Positions 1 through 12,649 of a stretch of DNA of 64,000 nt are shown here, piece by piece. Source of the stretch: Squalus acanthias. Its lineage: Eukaryota. The notes beneath the pieces were generated by a model. The model made no database searches. It was not told the origin of the DNA and saw only the letters and a list, made by a program, of their open reading frames with translations. Positions within the stretch are counted from its first letter, which is position 1. Each line of letters begins with the position of its first letter. The translations under genes and the position numbers were made by a program. The stretch is from contig CM059430.1 of NCBI GenBank assembly GCA_030390025.1, positions 74,772,001-74,836,000 on the forward strand. The letters run 5' to 3'.

Positions 1-1141
1 GGATCCAGCAGCGCTTCCTCTCTTGTTTGGCTTTTTGCATACTTGTTAAGAAACGAGTCCTACACACAGTGGGCCTGAATTTGTGATCGGCAGCGAACCT
101 AAGGAGCACCTCACCGACATCGCGAGTAAATCCACAGCTACCTTGTGCAATTCCGTCCTTTGAGAACTTCCTTTAAAACAGTGCAGAGTTTCACGCAGCA
201 TACTACCCCATGGAGCCTAGTAGTGCGCCGTTTTACGTATTCGGACCTGGGATCATGGTGCATTGGTTCTTTTACTTCCTGATTCTTAGCCTATAAGCTA
301 TTCATTCGTGCCTCTTCAGCTTTAATCCCGCCTGTGGCTGGTGTATCTGTGCTTTGATTCAGCTAGTTGCTAACTTTGATTGCAGATATAAACAAGCAAC
401 ACGTCTTCATTTGATCTACACCGCTTGACAAAACGGCTGGAATAATCATTGCTAGCGCCTGTCTCCGAACTGTGGTTAGCTGACATAGGATCATAGCATC
501 ATAGACGGTTTACAGCACAGAGGGAGACCATTCGCCCCGTCGAACCGGTGCCGACCCTCTGCAAAAACACTTAAGCTAGTCCCTCTCACCCTCCCTTTCC
601 CTGTAGCCCTGCCATTGTTTTTCCTTCAGGTACTTATCCAAATTCCTTTTGAAAGCCACTATTGAGTCTGCCTCCACCACCCTTTCAGGCCGTTCATTCC
701 AGGTCCTAACCACTGGCTGCGTAAAAAAGTTTTTCTTCATGTCGCCTTTTGTTCTTTTTCCAATCACTTTAATTCTGTATCCTCTGGTTTTCGAAGCTTC
801 TGCCAATGGGAAGTGTTTCTCTCTATATACTCTGTCTAGACCCCTCTCGATTTTGAACACCTCTATCAAATCTCCTCTCAATCTTCTCAGCTCGAAGGAG
901 AACATCCCCAGCTTTTCTAGTCTGTCAACATAACTGAAGTCCCTCACCCCTGGAATAATTCTGTTTAATGTTTTCTGCATCCTTTCTAAGGCCTTCAGAT
1001 CCTTTCTAAAGTGTGGTGTCCAGAATTGGACACAATACTGCAGTTGAGGCTGAAAAAGTGTTTTATAAAGGTTCATCATGACTTCCCTGCTTTTGTACTC
1101 TAAAAACACAGCAACTACAGGGCAGTCAATTTAACCTCGGT

Positions 1142-1495
1142 AGTAAATGTAAAACGTTTTTTGTTTTCCATACAGACTCCAGCATCTACCACATTTGACC
1201 CCTTGTGACCCCACCTCATTGTCTTTGTTGTATTTTGCAACCATCATTGATTCAATGGCTTCCTGACTGACCTGGTTGGACACCATCCACACCTTTGATT
1301 GCCGTGATTGTCTCTCTGCCGAGGTGTGATAAAGGGCAGTTAGAAAGATTAACTGTAGTCGTCTGGCAGTGTTCTCTGACTATATATTCTGCGCCCATAT
1401 GTATTTCTTCACTTCACCTGACGAAGGAGCAGCGCTCCGAAAGCTTGTGATTTCAAATAAAGCTGTTGGACTATAACCTGGTGTTGTGCGACTTC
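1142..1495 (+). mobile_element. Penelope-like element terminal fragment inserted into CR1
   Basis: Splits the CR1 sequence TTTTGTACTCTA / TCTCTATTTATGAAGCCCAGG, whose counterpart is contiguous in the CR1 copy at about 50015-50050. Contains TATATA, a hammerhead motif and AATAAA near its 3' end. Confidence 0.7.
1414..1450 (+). ncRNA. Minimal type I hammerhead ribozyme motif
   Basis: TCAC-CTGACGA-A-GGAGC(AGC)GCTCC-GAA-AGCT-T-GTGA: intact CUGANGA/GAAA core, 4-bp stem I, 5-bp stem II, palindromic loopless stem III. Confidence 0.75.
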
Positions 1496-4400
1496 TCTCT
1501 ATTTATGAAGCCCAGGATCCAGTATGCTTACTTAACTGCCTTCTCAATCTGCGCTGCCAACTTCAACGATTTGCGTACATATAGCCCCAGGACTCTCTGT
1601 TCAAGCACTGACTTTAGGATTGTACCCTTTAGTTTATATTGCCTCTCCTCGTTCTTCCTACCAAAATGTATCACTTCACACTTTTCTGCGTTAGATTATA
1701 TCTGCCACATGTCCATACATTTCACCAGTCTGTCTATCTCCTGTTGAAGTCTATCACTAGCCTCCTCACTGTTCATTCTACTTCAAAGTTTTGTGTCATC
1801 TGCAATGTTTTTAATTGTGCCGTTTACCCCCAAGTATATAGCATTGATATGTATCAAGAAAAGCAGTGGTCCTAGTACAGACCCCTGGGAACATCACTGT
1901 GTACATTCTTCCAGTCCAATAAACAAGCGTTCACCACTACTCTCTGTTTCCTGTCACTTAACCAATTTCTTATCCATGCTGCCACTCTCCTTTTTATACC
2001 ATGGGCTTCAACTTTGCTGGCAAGCCTATTATGCGACACTTCATAAAACGCCTTTTGGAAGTCCACGTACATCACGTCAACCGCATTGCCCTCATCAACC
2101 CTTTCTGTTACCTCATCAAAAAAGTCGATCAAGTTAGTTAAACATGATTTTCTTTAACACATCCGTGGTGGCTTTCCTTAATTAAACAATGATCGTCCAA
2201 ATGACTGTTAACGTTGTTCCTGATTATCGTTTCTAAAAGCTTCCCCGCCACCGAGGTTAAATTGACTGCCCTGTAGTTGCTGTGTTTATCCTTACACATA
2301 TTTTTGAACAATGTTGTAACATTTGCAATTCTCCAGTCCTCTGGCACCACCCCCGTGTCTAAGGAGGATTGGAGAATTATGGTCAGTACCTCCCCGATTT
2401 CCTCTTTAACTTCCCTCAGCATCCTAGGATGTATCCCAGCCGGTCCTGGTGACTTGATAACATTAAGTACAGACAGCCTTTCTAGTAACATCTCTTTATC
2501 AATTTTTATCTTGATGTGGAGATTTTTATCTTATCCACTATCTCCACTGCCTCCTCTTTCACGATTACTTTGGCAGCATCTTCATCCTTGGGAAAGACAA
2601 AAGTAAACTACTCATTTAATAACCGAGCCATGCCCTCTGCCTCCATGCGTACATCTCCTTTTTGTTCTCTAATAGTCCACACCCATCCTCTTACTACCCG
2701 TTTATTATTTAAATGCTATAGCAGACTTTTGAATTCCCTTTTATGTTAGCTGCTAATCTAATCTCATAATCTCTCTTTAACAGTCTTATTTTCTTTTTCA
2801 CTTCCCCTAAGAACTTTCTATATTCTTCCTGATTCTCAATTGTATTCTCAAATTGACGTCAGTCATATGCGCTCGTTTTCTCCATTATCTTAGTCTCTAT
2901 CTCTTTCGTCATCCAGAGATCTCTGGCTTCAGTAGCCCTACATTTCTCTCTCGTGGGAATGTACCTCGACTTTATCCAAACAATCTCCTAATTAAAGACA
3001 GCCCATTGTTCAATTACAGTTTAGCCTGCCCATCTTTGATTCCCATTTACCTGGGCACGATCCATTCTCAAACCACTGAAATTTGCCATCCTCCAATTAA
3101 GGTTTTTTTACTCTAGATTGCTCCCTCTACTTTTGCATAGCTAATCTAAACCTTATGGTACTATAATCACTGTTCCCGAAATGTTCTCCTACTGACACTT
3201 ACTCCACTTGACCCACCTCATTCCCCAGAACCAGATCCAACAATGCCACTTTCCTCGTTGGGCCAGAAACATAATGATCAAGAAAGTTCTCCTGAACACA
3301 CTTCAGAAATTATTCCACCTCTCTGCCCGTTACCCTATTAATATCCCAGTCTATATTTAAATAGCTGAAGTCACTCATTGTCACTGCACTATAGTTCTTG
3401 CACCTCTCTGTAATTTCCCTGCAAATTTGTTCCTCTATATCTTCCCCACTAGTTGGTGGCCCATAGAATAAACCTAGTAGTGGAATGGCACCTCTATTAT
3501 ATATTAACTCAAAACAAATAGATTCTGTCATTGACTAATCCAGGACATCCTCTCACTCCAGCACAGTAACATTCTCCATAAACAATTAATGCCACCTCAC
3601 CTCCTTTCTTTCGTTAACTATCTTTCCTGAACACATTAAGTCCAGGAATATTAAAATCCCGATCCTGCCATTTTTTGAGCCAGGTCTCCATTATCGCTGC
3701 GACCTCATAATCCCATGTAGCTATTTGCACCTGCAGCTCAACAACCTTATTTACCACCGCCGGGCTGTAAATCTAGCTTAGTCCTTCTTGCATTTTATCT
3801 TAGTCCGACTCCACCTAATACCGTACTGTTTCTTACTGCTGTCTGTCTCTCCCAATCATTTGTGCACATTGTTTCTCCATTCTAATGCTACATCCTGGTG
3901 CCCAACCACTCTGCCAAATTAGTTTAATCCCTCCCCAGCAACACTAGCAACCCCCCAGCGAGGACATTGCTTCCCGCTCTGTTGAGGTGCAACCAGTCCA
4001 GTCTGTCCAGTTCCCACATTCCCCTGATCTGGTCCCAATAGGAATCTGAAGCCCTACCTGATGCACCATCTCTCCAGCCACGCATTCATTTGCTCTATCC
4101 TTCTATTTTAATAGTCACTAGCTCGTGGCACCGGGAGTAATACAGTGATTACTACCATTGAGGTGCTGCTTTTTAATCTCTTTCCTAGCTCCATAAAATG
4201 CATCAGGACCTCATCTCTCTTTCTCCACATGTCGTTGGTACCGATATTGACCACGACCATTGGCTGTTCACCCACCCCTCAGAATATTCGTCAACAGCTC
4301 AGTGACAGCCTTGACCCTGGCATCAGGGAGGCAATATAATATCCTGGAATCACGTCTGCAGCCGCAGAAACGCTTGTCTGTTCCCGTAACTGTCGAATCC

Positions 4401-5814
4401 CCGAGAACTATTGCTTTCCCACTCTTCCTCCTCTCCCCCACCCCCACCCCCTGCAGCTTAGCCACCCGTGGTGCCGTGGACTTGCCTTGGCTGTACTTTC
4501 CAGAAGAACCATTACCCTCACCACCTGTTGGAGAGCGAGACGCACTCAGGGGAAAACTGCACTATCTGCCTGGTCCTCCTTGTCTTTCTGGCACCTACCC
4601 ATTTCCTCACAGCCTGCGCACCCTTATGCTGCAGGCTGAGCAACTCCTGAAACGTGCTTTCCACATAGCTCTCAGCCTGGCTACGCCAGCGGCTGCACAA
4701 GTTCTAAAACCTGCAGCTTGAGCTCCTCCAGCTGATGACACTTCCTGCACACGTGGTTGTCCAGGACATGGGACGCATCCTGGATATAACACATGACATA
4801 AGATGTGCATTCCACCAGACTGAGGTGCTCTGCCATGCCTCTATTTAATAGATTATTAACTAACTTAACAGACATAAAATCAAAAGGAATAATCACAAGT
4901 TACTCGCCAATTTGTTTTATTTTTTCTTCAGCTACTTCCCTTGTGCTGACGTAATTTACCTCGCTCTCTGACGCTCGCACACCCTGTAGGCTTTGCTGTC
5001 TACATTTTTCTTTAGCCACTGCTCTCGCTCTCTCCTCCTTCTACCTCTACTCCGAATTCCTACTTCTCCATATTCAAAATTTAGTAATTTCTCCGTTTAG
5101 AATCACTCTGTGCAGCCCACTCTCATTTACTAGTGTTCCAAACAGCAAAGTATTCTGAAACTAAGATTTGTTCACTCACTGAACAAACAGCTTTAGCATC
5201 ATGCTTCACTCTTCAACTGAAATAGAAAACAAGTTCATCTTCTGACTTGAGATCATTCTGTGATGTGGTTGGTTTACTATAGATAGCCCAGCCAGAAAAT
5301 GTCCTCGGTGGCGTATATTCTACAACATATTTAGTTCAACTTCCTCAGTAATTACAACACTAAACGTACTGGGGCACATGTTTAGGACATCTAAAAATAG
5401 AATGCTTCTGTTCTCATGATTTAAATTAAAACAAAAATGGCAATCTACAATAATTGTTATAAATTGGCATTTGCTGATTGTAAACCATTTTCTTGCAGGA
5501 TACACAGCAGATCAGGGTTATGTACAATATACAATCGATGTTAATTTATTTGTTAGCACTTCATTTCGAATAAAAAAACATTTTTTTCCTGTTCCCTTAC
5601 ACTATGCAAAGGATTCGTTCGCCTGCTTGCACAAGGCATAACAATTTAAAACGTAATTACTTCGGTGTAGTTTGGCAATTAGCCCAACTTTTCGCCAGCA
5701 CGTTGATTTCTATCAGGAGGTGAAAGACGCAGTGAAGTGGCTGTGCATTTCTAACTCGACAGACCGCAAGTTCGGTATTGCACACGCCGCTGTGCCGACC
5801 GCAAAATAAGGGCC

Positions 5815-7885
5815 ATTATAAAATACTCTATTCCGTTTACCCTTTTCACAACCTCTTCTTGGCAGTTATTTGGGGCTGGTTAAAACCTCCCAAGATTATT
5901 GTTCCATCTCCTTTACTCATTTCAAATATTTGCTTAAATATTTCTTCCTCCACCTCCTTTCCACTATTAGGCGGTTTGTGTTATGCCCCTATTAGCGTGA
6001 TCAATCGTCTTTTATGTGTTATTTTAATCCATATGGATTCTGTTTCTGATCTGTTAGTTACTTTCCTTTTTTCTACTGCCACTCTGTTATCTCAAATGAG
6101 TACAGCTACACCTCCCTTATCCTTTCTATTTAGGTTATAACCTGCAATATTCAGTTGCCAGTCCTGTTCTTTATGTAGCCATGTTTCATTTATTCCTACT
6201 GCATCTGAATCCTCGCTACGGATTATTGCCTCCAGTTCCCTGTTTAATTTTGTATGATGTACTGCCAGTTAAATTTTTTCTGCAGCAGTTGCTCCATTAA
6301 TTAATTTTTAAAAGTGTGTTTATACTTCCGCTTTATAACTGCATCTGTTCCCTGACCGTTTATGTTCCCCTTGTTCTTTAACTGGGTCTGACCTTTACTC
6401 TCATTACCCATTTCTATTATCTTCAGTCTTATTTTATTTTCAATATATTCCTGCCGCCGTCTTATTACGTTAACGTTCAACCGATAGCCCTAGCTTACAT
6501 TGATTCTAGGACACTGGGCCCACTCCGGTTGGGCGAATTCGGTTCTAGTGGTACAGTTCCGTCCTGTCCCACTGCTGGTGCCAATATCCCATGAAAGAGA
6601 ACCACTCCTTCCCACACCAGGCTTTTTCCCACGCATACACATTCCTGACTTGACTATCCCTATACCAATTAACTCATGGATCTGGTATCAATCCCGAGAT
6701 TACCACCTGTGAATTCCTGCCTTTTAATTTAGTTCCTAACTTTGCAGAACCTCCTCATTTTTATTCCCTTTGTCATTGATGCCAATTTGGACCAGTACTT
6801 AGGGTTATCTCCCTCCCTTTCCAAGTTTCTCTCCATTTGTTCTGAGATATGCTTTTCCTTTGCACCAGCTAGGCAACATACTCTTCAGTAGTCTCGATCG
6901 CGACAGCAGAGGACGCTATTCCCCCTAATTATCAAATCCCCGATGAATACAATCTTTCTACACATCTCTCCCCCGCCCCTTGGACTGTCTCCTGTTCCAA
7001 GATGCCATGGTTGGCATTCTCGCTGTTTACCCCGCAGCCTGCATTCTTAAAATGACAGGTAGCAAGGATCTTGTACCATTTGGACAGGAATAGTGTCTGC
7101 AGGAACTCCTTAACTATCACCCCTTTCTGCCCCTTCACCTGCTGACTAACAGTTACGCTCTCCCCTTCCTGCACCTGTGCTTTCTTCTGAAGTGTGACTA
7201 CACTCTGGATTCATTTCAGCAGATGTGGCAATCTGGCACAGTGTTTCTGTCCACAAACTCCCATATAATACAGTCCGGACACATTACCTGCCCTGCCATA
7301 TCTGATTTTTATGTATGTATTTACGTATTTATTTATTATTAATTCAGTTCCAGATACAATACAATTACTTGAGGTCCACATCATATTTAGATATTTGAAA
7401 TAGTTTGATTTCAGGTTAATTTGGAGCTTATCAGACTTGTTTTTGTTTATTGAATTATTTAGTTATTAGTCACTTAACTCCTATTTATTATTTATATACA
7501 CCATATTTTAATTTAATGAAATGCAGAATCTTTCAATGTCAGTATCCTCTATTTAGTTAATTGTAATGTTATCCCCCTAAATCAGACTAATTATATAAAC
7601 ACATGATTTAATTATATAATAAATCAAACAATCGATTTAATTATATAATAACTTAAATATTTAGATATAATTCCTTAAGCTCCATCACTATTCTGACGTC
7701 ACTTTTTCGGATTCGAAGTTTTTTTTAGAATCTTCCTTGCATCACCGAGTGAACTCCCCTCAAAACCGCTTCCCTCGTGAGTTATGCCTCTCCGTACAAC
7801 CGCTTGCTTCGTGCGTTATAGCCTCTCCTCACAGCCGTTTCTCCCGTGCTTTATAGCCTCTTCTCACAGCCATTTCTCTCGCGCT
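5815..7885 (-). mobile_element. Old CR1 fragment (endonuclease, ORF1 and 5' UTR)
   Basis: Degenerate similarity to the endonuclease and ORF1 regions of other CR1 copies here, followed by an AT-rich block and short tandem units that are also present at 48410-48845. Confidence 0.7.
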
Positions 7886-9077
7886 TGAAGGAGGCAGCGG
7901 AAACGCGCTGAGACTGTAATTGACAATTAAAAACACTCTCAGTGCCAGTCCTATGATATGTTCGCGGCAGTTGCGTTTTTCTGGACTTGTTTATTTTCAA
8001 CCAAGTAACTATTTTGGCAGAGTAATTATCAAGTAGGTGCTCAGCTGCGTTTAAATGTGGTTAAAGGGAATCGGGAGGTTGGCGTAACTGCCTCCGGTGC
8101 AAACTGGGCAACTTTATATCGCTCCATTTGCCACCCTTCGTAGTCCCACTTAGGAAACCCATTTGTTAAAGGAATATGCTGCCTTTATGCCGGCTCTTCC
8201 ACGATAATTGATCTGAAAAGCTGCTCGAGCGAATGCCTAAGACGAAGAATGGTAGAAACAACGCATGCGTTCCGCAATCATCCGCCGTAACAACAGCGGT
8301 AGACCAACGGGAGCCCGCTTGGAAAATGCGTAAAAAGACCATTTACAGAGTTCGCATGGTTTTCTACCGAATCTTCCACCATTTTATTCCCATGTATTAC
8401 ATCGCGTATGACTCTTTCGTAATCCATGAAATAGAATTCTAAATCTCACATTATGCACTTACAGATGTTATTTCATGGTCAAGCCACCTTTACTAATCAT
8501 GTGTACAACGCATTGATTTTCCACTCGGCGTTGACCGAGCTTCGATTTTAACCCATTATAACGCCATGACGAAAGCATGTAAGGGATGAGCACAAAATAA
8601 ATGAAGAGGCAGTAGCTCATTAATGCCAAGTATCTGTTTGATAATCTATGTAATTTCCCAACTTTAAAATACGTTCTCTTTGAGTACAAAAATATTAAGC
8701 AGGCAGTGTTGTAAGACCTCTGCCATAGAATTCTGTCAATGTCGCTCTTGGCCCTAACCTGAATATACAAACGGTCTCTTTTGATAATTAAAGCTGACCA
8801 GGACCTCCATATTTATGCTGCAGGGCACAACGCATTGGAGCAAGACAATCACGCTAAAAGGTGCTAAATATCTGTTTGCGTTATGTCTTATTGCTTACAA
8901 AACTGAAGCATACAGAACAACAAAGCTAAAATTACAATCTCCAGTTAAAATATCTTTCTTCCGACTTTACATCAGGGAATTCACATACATGTTGTATCGA
9001 ATATATATGTTATAATTCTATGGATTCATTAAGGAAACATGAATCTAAATTAATTAACAGGGTAACAAAATAACTAG

Positions 9078-11200
9078 GACATTTCTCCTCATTCATTCCT
9101 AAATGTCCTACCCCGTATCCTGAGACTGTGAACCCTCGTTTAGACACCCCAGCCAGGGGAAATATCCTCCCTGCTTCAAGTATATGTAGCCCTATCAAAA
9201 TTTTATGCGTTTCAATGAGATACCTTCTCATTCTTCTAAATTATAGTGAATAATGGCTTAGTCGACCCAATCTCTGCTCATACGACAGTCCTGCCTTCCC
9301 AGGAATCAGTCCGGTGAACCTTAGCTGCACTCCTTCTATGGGAAGTATATCCTTTCTTAGGTAAGGAGACCAAAACTGCACACAGTCCTCAAGGTGTGCT
9401 GTCACCAAGGCCCTGTATATGCAATAAGACATCCTTGCTCCTTTACTCAAAGCCGCATTGCAATGAAGGCCAACATACAATTTGCCTTCCTAACTGATTG
9501 CAGAACCTGCATGTTTGTTTTCAGTGACTGGTGTACAAGGACACTCAGATACCTTTTACATCAACATTTTCCAATCTATCAGCATTTAATTGATACACTA
9601 CCTTTCTGTTTTTTTTCCTACGGAAGAGGATAACTTCACATTTATCCATGTTACACTGCATCTGCCATGAATTTGCCCCCCCCCCCCCACTCAACTTGTC
9701 TAAATCGTCTTGAAGCCTCTATGCATCCTCCTCACAACTCACAATCCCACCTACTTTCCTGTCGTCAGCAAACTTGGAAATATTACATTAGGTTCCCTCA
9801 TTCAAATCATTGATACATATTTTGAATAGTTGGGGCCCAAGCACTGATTCCTGCCGTACCCCACTAATCATCGTCTGCCACAACAAGAAAGACCCATTTA
9901 TTCCTACTCTCTGTTTCCTTTCTGTTAACCAATTTTGAATCTATGCCAGTATATTACCCCCCAATTCGAGGTGCTTTATTTTTACACACAACCTCTTATG
10001 TTGGACTTTATCAAAGGCTTTATGAAAATCCAAATGCACCACATCCACTGATTCTCCCTTATCTATTCTACCAGTTACATCCTCAAAAATACTCCAGTAG
10101 GTTTGTCAAACACGATTTCTCTTTCATAAATCCATGTTGACTTTGTCTAATCACGCTGATATTTTCTAAATGTCCTGTTATCACATCCTTTATAATAGAC
10201 TCTAGCATTTCCCCTACTACTGATGTTAGGCTAACCGGTCTGTAGTTCCATGTATTCTCTCTCCCTCCTTTTTTAAATAGTGGGGTTACATTTGCCACCC
10301 TCCAATCTGCAGGAACTGTTCCATAATCTACAGAATTTTAGAAGGTGACAACCAATGCATCCACTATTTCCCGGCTACCTATTTTAGTACTCTGGGATGC
10401 AGATTATCAGTCCCTGGGGATTTATCAGCTTTCAGTTCCATTAATTTCTTCAGCAGTATTTTTTTACTTATACTAATCTCCTTTACTTCCTCTTTAGCAC
10501 TAGGCCCTTGGTTCACTAGCATTTCTGGGAAGTTATTTGTTTCGTCTTTCGTAAAGACAGAACCAAAGTATTTGTTTAATTACTCTACCATTTCATTGTT
10601 TCCCATTATAAATTCTGCCGTTTCTGACTGTAAGAGACCTACATTTGTCTTCAGTAGTCTTTGTCTTTTTGGATACTTGGAGAAGCTTTTGCAGTCCGCT
10701 TTTATGTTCCTTGCAAGTTTACTCTCATACGCTATTTTTCCCCTCTTAATCAATCTCTTTGTCCTTTTTTTGCTGAATTCTAAACTTCTCCCACACCTCA
10801 GGCTTTCTACTTTATCTGGCAACTTTATACGACTCCTCTTTGGATCTAATACTGTCCTTAATTTCTTTTGTTATCCATGGTTGGGCCGCATTACCTTTTG
10901 TGTTTTTGCGCCAGAAAGGAATGTAAAACTGTTGCAATTTATGCATTTGTTCCTTAATTATTAGCCATTGCCTATCCACCGTCATTCCTTTTAATGATGC
11001 TCCCCAATCTATCATAGCCAACTCACTCCTCATACCTTCGTAGTTTCCTTTGTTTAGATGCAGGACCCTAGTTTCAGATTGTCCTTCTTCACGTTCCAGC
11101 TTAATGAAGAATTCTATCATGTTACGGTCACTCTTCCCTAAAGGACACCACGAAACAAGATTATTAATTAACCCCTTCTCATTGCAAAATAGCCATATCA
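9078..11200 (-). mobile_element. CR1 ORF2 (RT) fragment
   Basis: CVQFWSPYLRKD; ANVTPLFKKG...NYRPVSLTS...QHGF...SCLTNLLE; LGKSDRNMIEF. Confidence 0.92.
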
Positions 11201-11429
11201 AGGACACTCTTAAACAGCTGTAGTGAGTAATCCCGCGGCTATGAATAAACCACTCTTAAGGGAATAACGTTCTTGTAAAAAGTTCGACAATACACTGAAG
11301 GAGAATAGATCAGTTTTAAGCCTGTTATTCTGAACTATCTTCGGTAATAATATTATAATAAACGCATGTACCAACAGGCAAACATTGCAAACAAGTTCGC
11401 AATTCAGGAATAATGATAATCAACTTGTA

Positions 11430-12620
11430 TTTGGGAATCAGGGGGGATACCCTACACTGGCTGGAGTTGCACCTAGTACAAAATAAGATGGTTGTGTTTA
11501 TTGGAGATCAATCATCTCAGCCCCATGCCATCGCTGTAGGAGTTCCTCAGGGCAGTGTCCTTCGTCTTGGTATGGGAAGAGAGAAGGAATGTGGTATTGA
11601 GATAGAGGTTCAGCCATGATCATATTGAATGGCGGAGCAGACTCGAAGGGCCAAATGGCCTACTCCTGCTCCTATTTTTCTATTCTATGTTTCTATGTTC
11701 AACTATCCTCAGCTGCTTCATTAATGACCTTCCATCCATCATAAGGTCAGGACTGGAGATGTTCGCTGATGATTGCACATGTTCAGTTCCATTCGCAACT
11801 CCTCAGACAATGAAGCAGTCCATGCCCGCATGCAGCAAGACCTGGATGACATTCAGGCTTGGGATCGCACCACACAAATGACAGACATTGACTATGTCCA
11901 ACAATCGAGTGTCTAACCACCGCCGCTTGACATTCAACGACATTGCCATCGCCGAACTCCCCCACCATAAACACCCTGTGTACACCATTGAGCAGCAACT
12001 TAACTGGATGAGCCACATAAATACTGTGGCAACAAGAGCGGATCAGATGCTGGGTATTCCGCGGAGAGTCTAACCTCCTAACTCCCAAAGTCTTTCCACC
12101 ATTTACAATGAACAAGACAGGAGTGTGATGGAATACTCTTCACTTTCCTGGTTGAGTGCAGCCCCAACAACATTCAAGAAGCTCGATACCATACAGGACA
12201 AAACAGCCCGCTTGATTGGCACATCATCCACCACTTTAAACATTCACTCCCTCCACCACCGTCGCACCATGTCTGCAGTGTGTACCATCTACAAGATGCA
12301 CTGCTGCAACTCACCAAGGCTTCTTCGGCAGCATCTCCCAAACCCGAGACCTCCACCACCTAGAAGGAATAGGGCAGCTGGCGCATGGGAACATCAAGTT
12401 ACATACCATCCTGACTTGAAATATATTTCCGTTTCTTCATCGTCGCTGTGTTAAAATCCTGGAACTCACTCCCGAACAGGACTGTGGCAGTTCCTTCACC
12501 ACAAGGACTGCAGCGGTTCATGAAGGCGGCTCACCGTCACCTTCTCAAGCGCAATTAAGGGTGGACAATAAATGCTGGAATTGCCAGCGACGCCAACATC
12601 CCAGGAAAGAATTTAAAAAA
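11430..12620 (+). mobile_element. Second LINE family (CR1/L2-type) 3' RT fragment with a nested CR1 3' tail at about 11563-11700
   Basis: GVPQGSVL, FINDLP, MFADD and MEYSSLSW motifs, A-rich end. The nested piece ends in a CTATGTTTCTATG tail. Confidence 0.85.
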
Positions 12621-12649
12621 TCAAATCTGCCATGTTTACAGTAAGCGGT

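Larger units (their letters stand above)
491..5060 (-). mobile_element. Near full-length decayed CR1 LINE (ORF1 zinc finger/esterase, endonuclease, RT, 3' tail)
   Basis: Minus-strand ORF fragments: YCVQFWTPHFRKD, DFQKAF..VSH, NYRAVNLTSV, LFYGPP, IVLGDS..RFCG, HVCRKC. CATAG-type 3' tail at about 491. Interrupted at 1103-1495. Confidence 0.93.

Noticed and set aside
8695-8760. Possible terminal exon of gene A (acceptor TTGTATATTCAG, frame LGPRATLTEFYGRGLTTLPA*)
   Set aside because: It is phase-compatible with the alternative donor at 22003, but 13 kb away with no homology or motif support.
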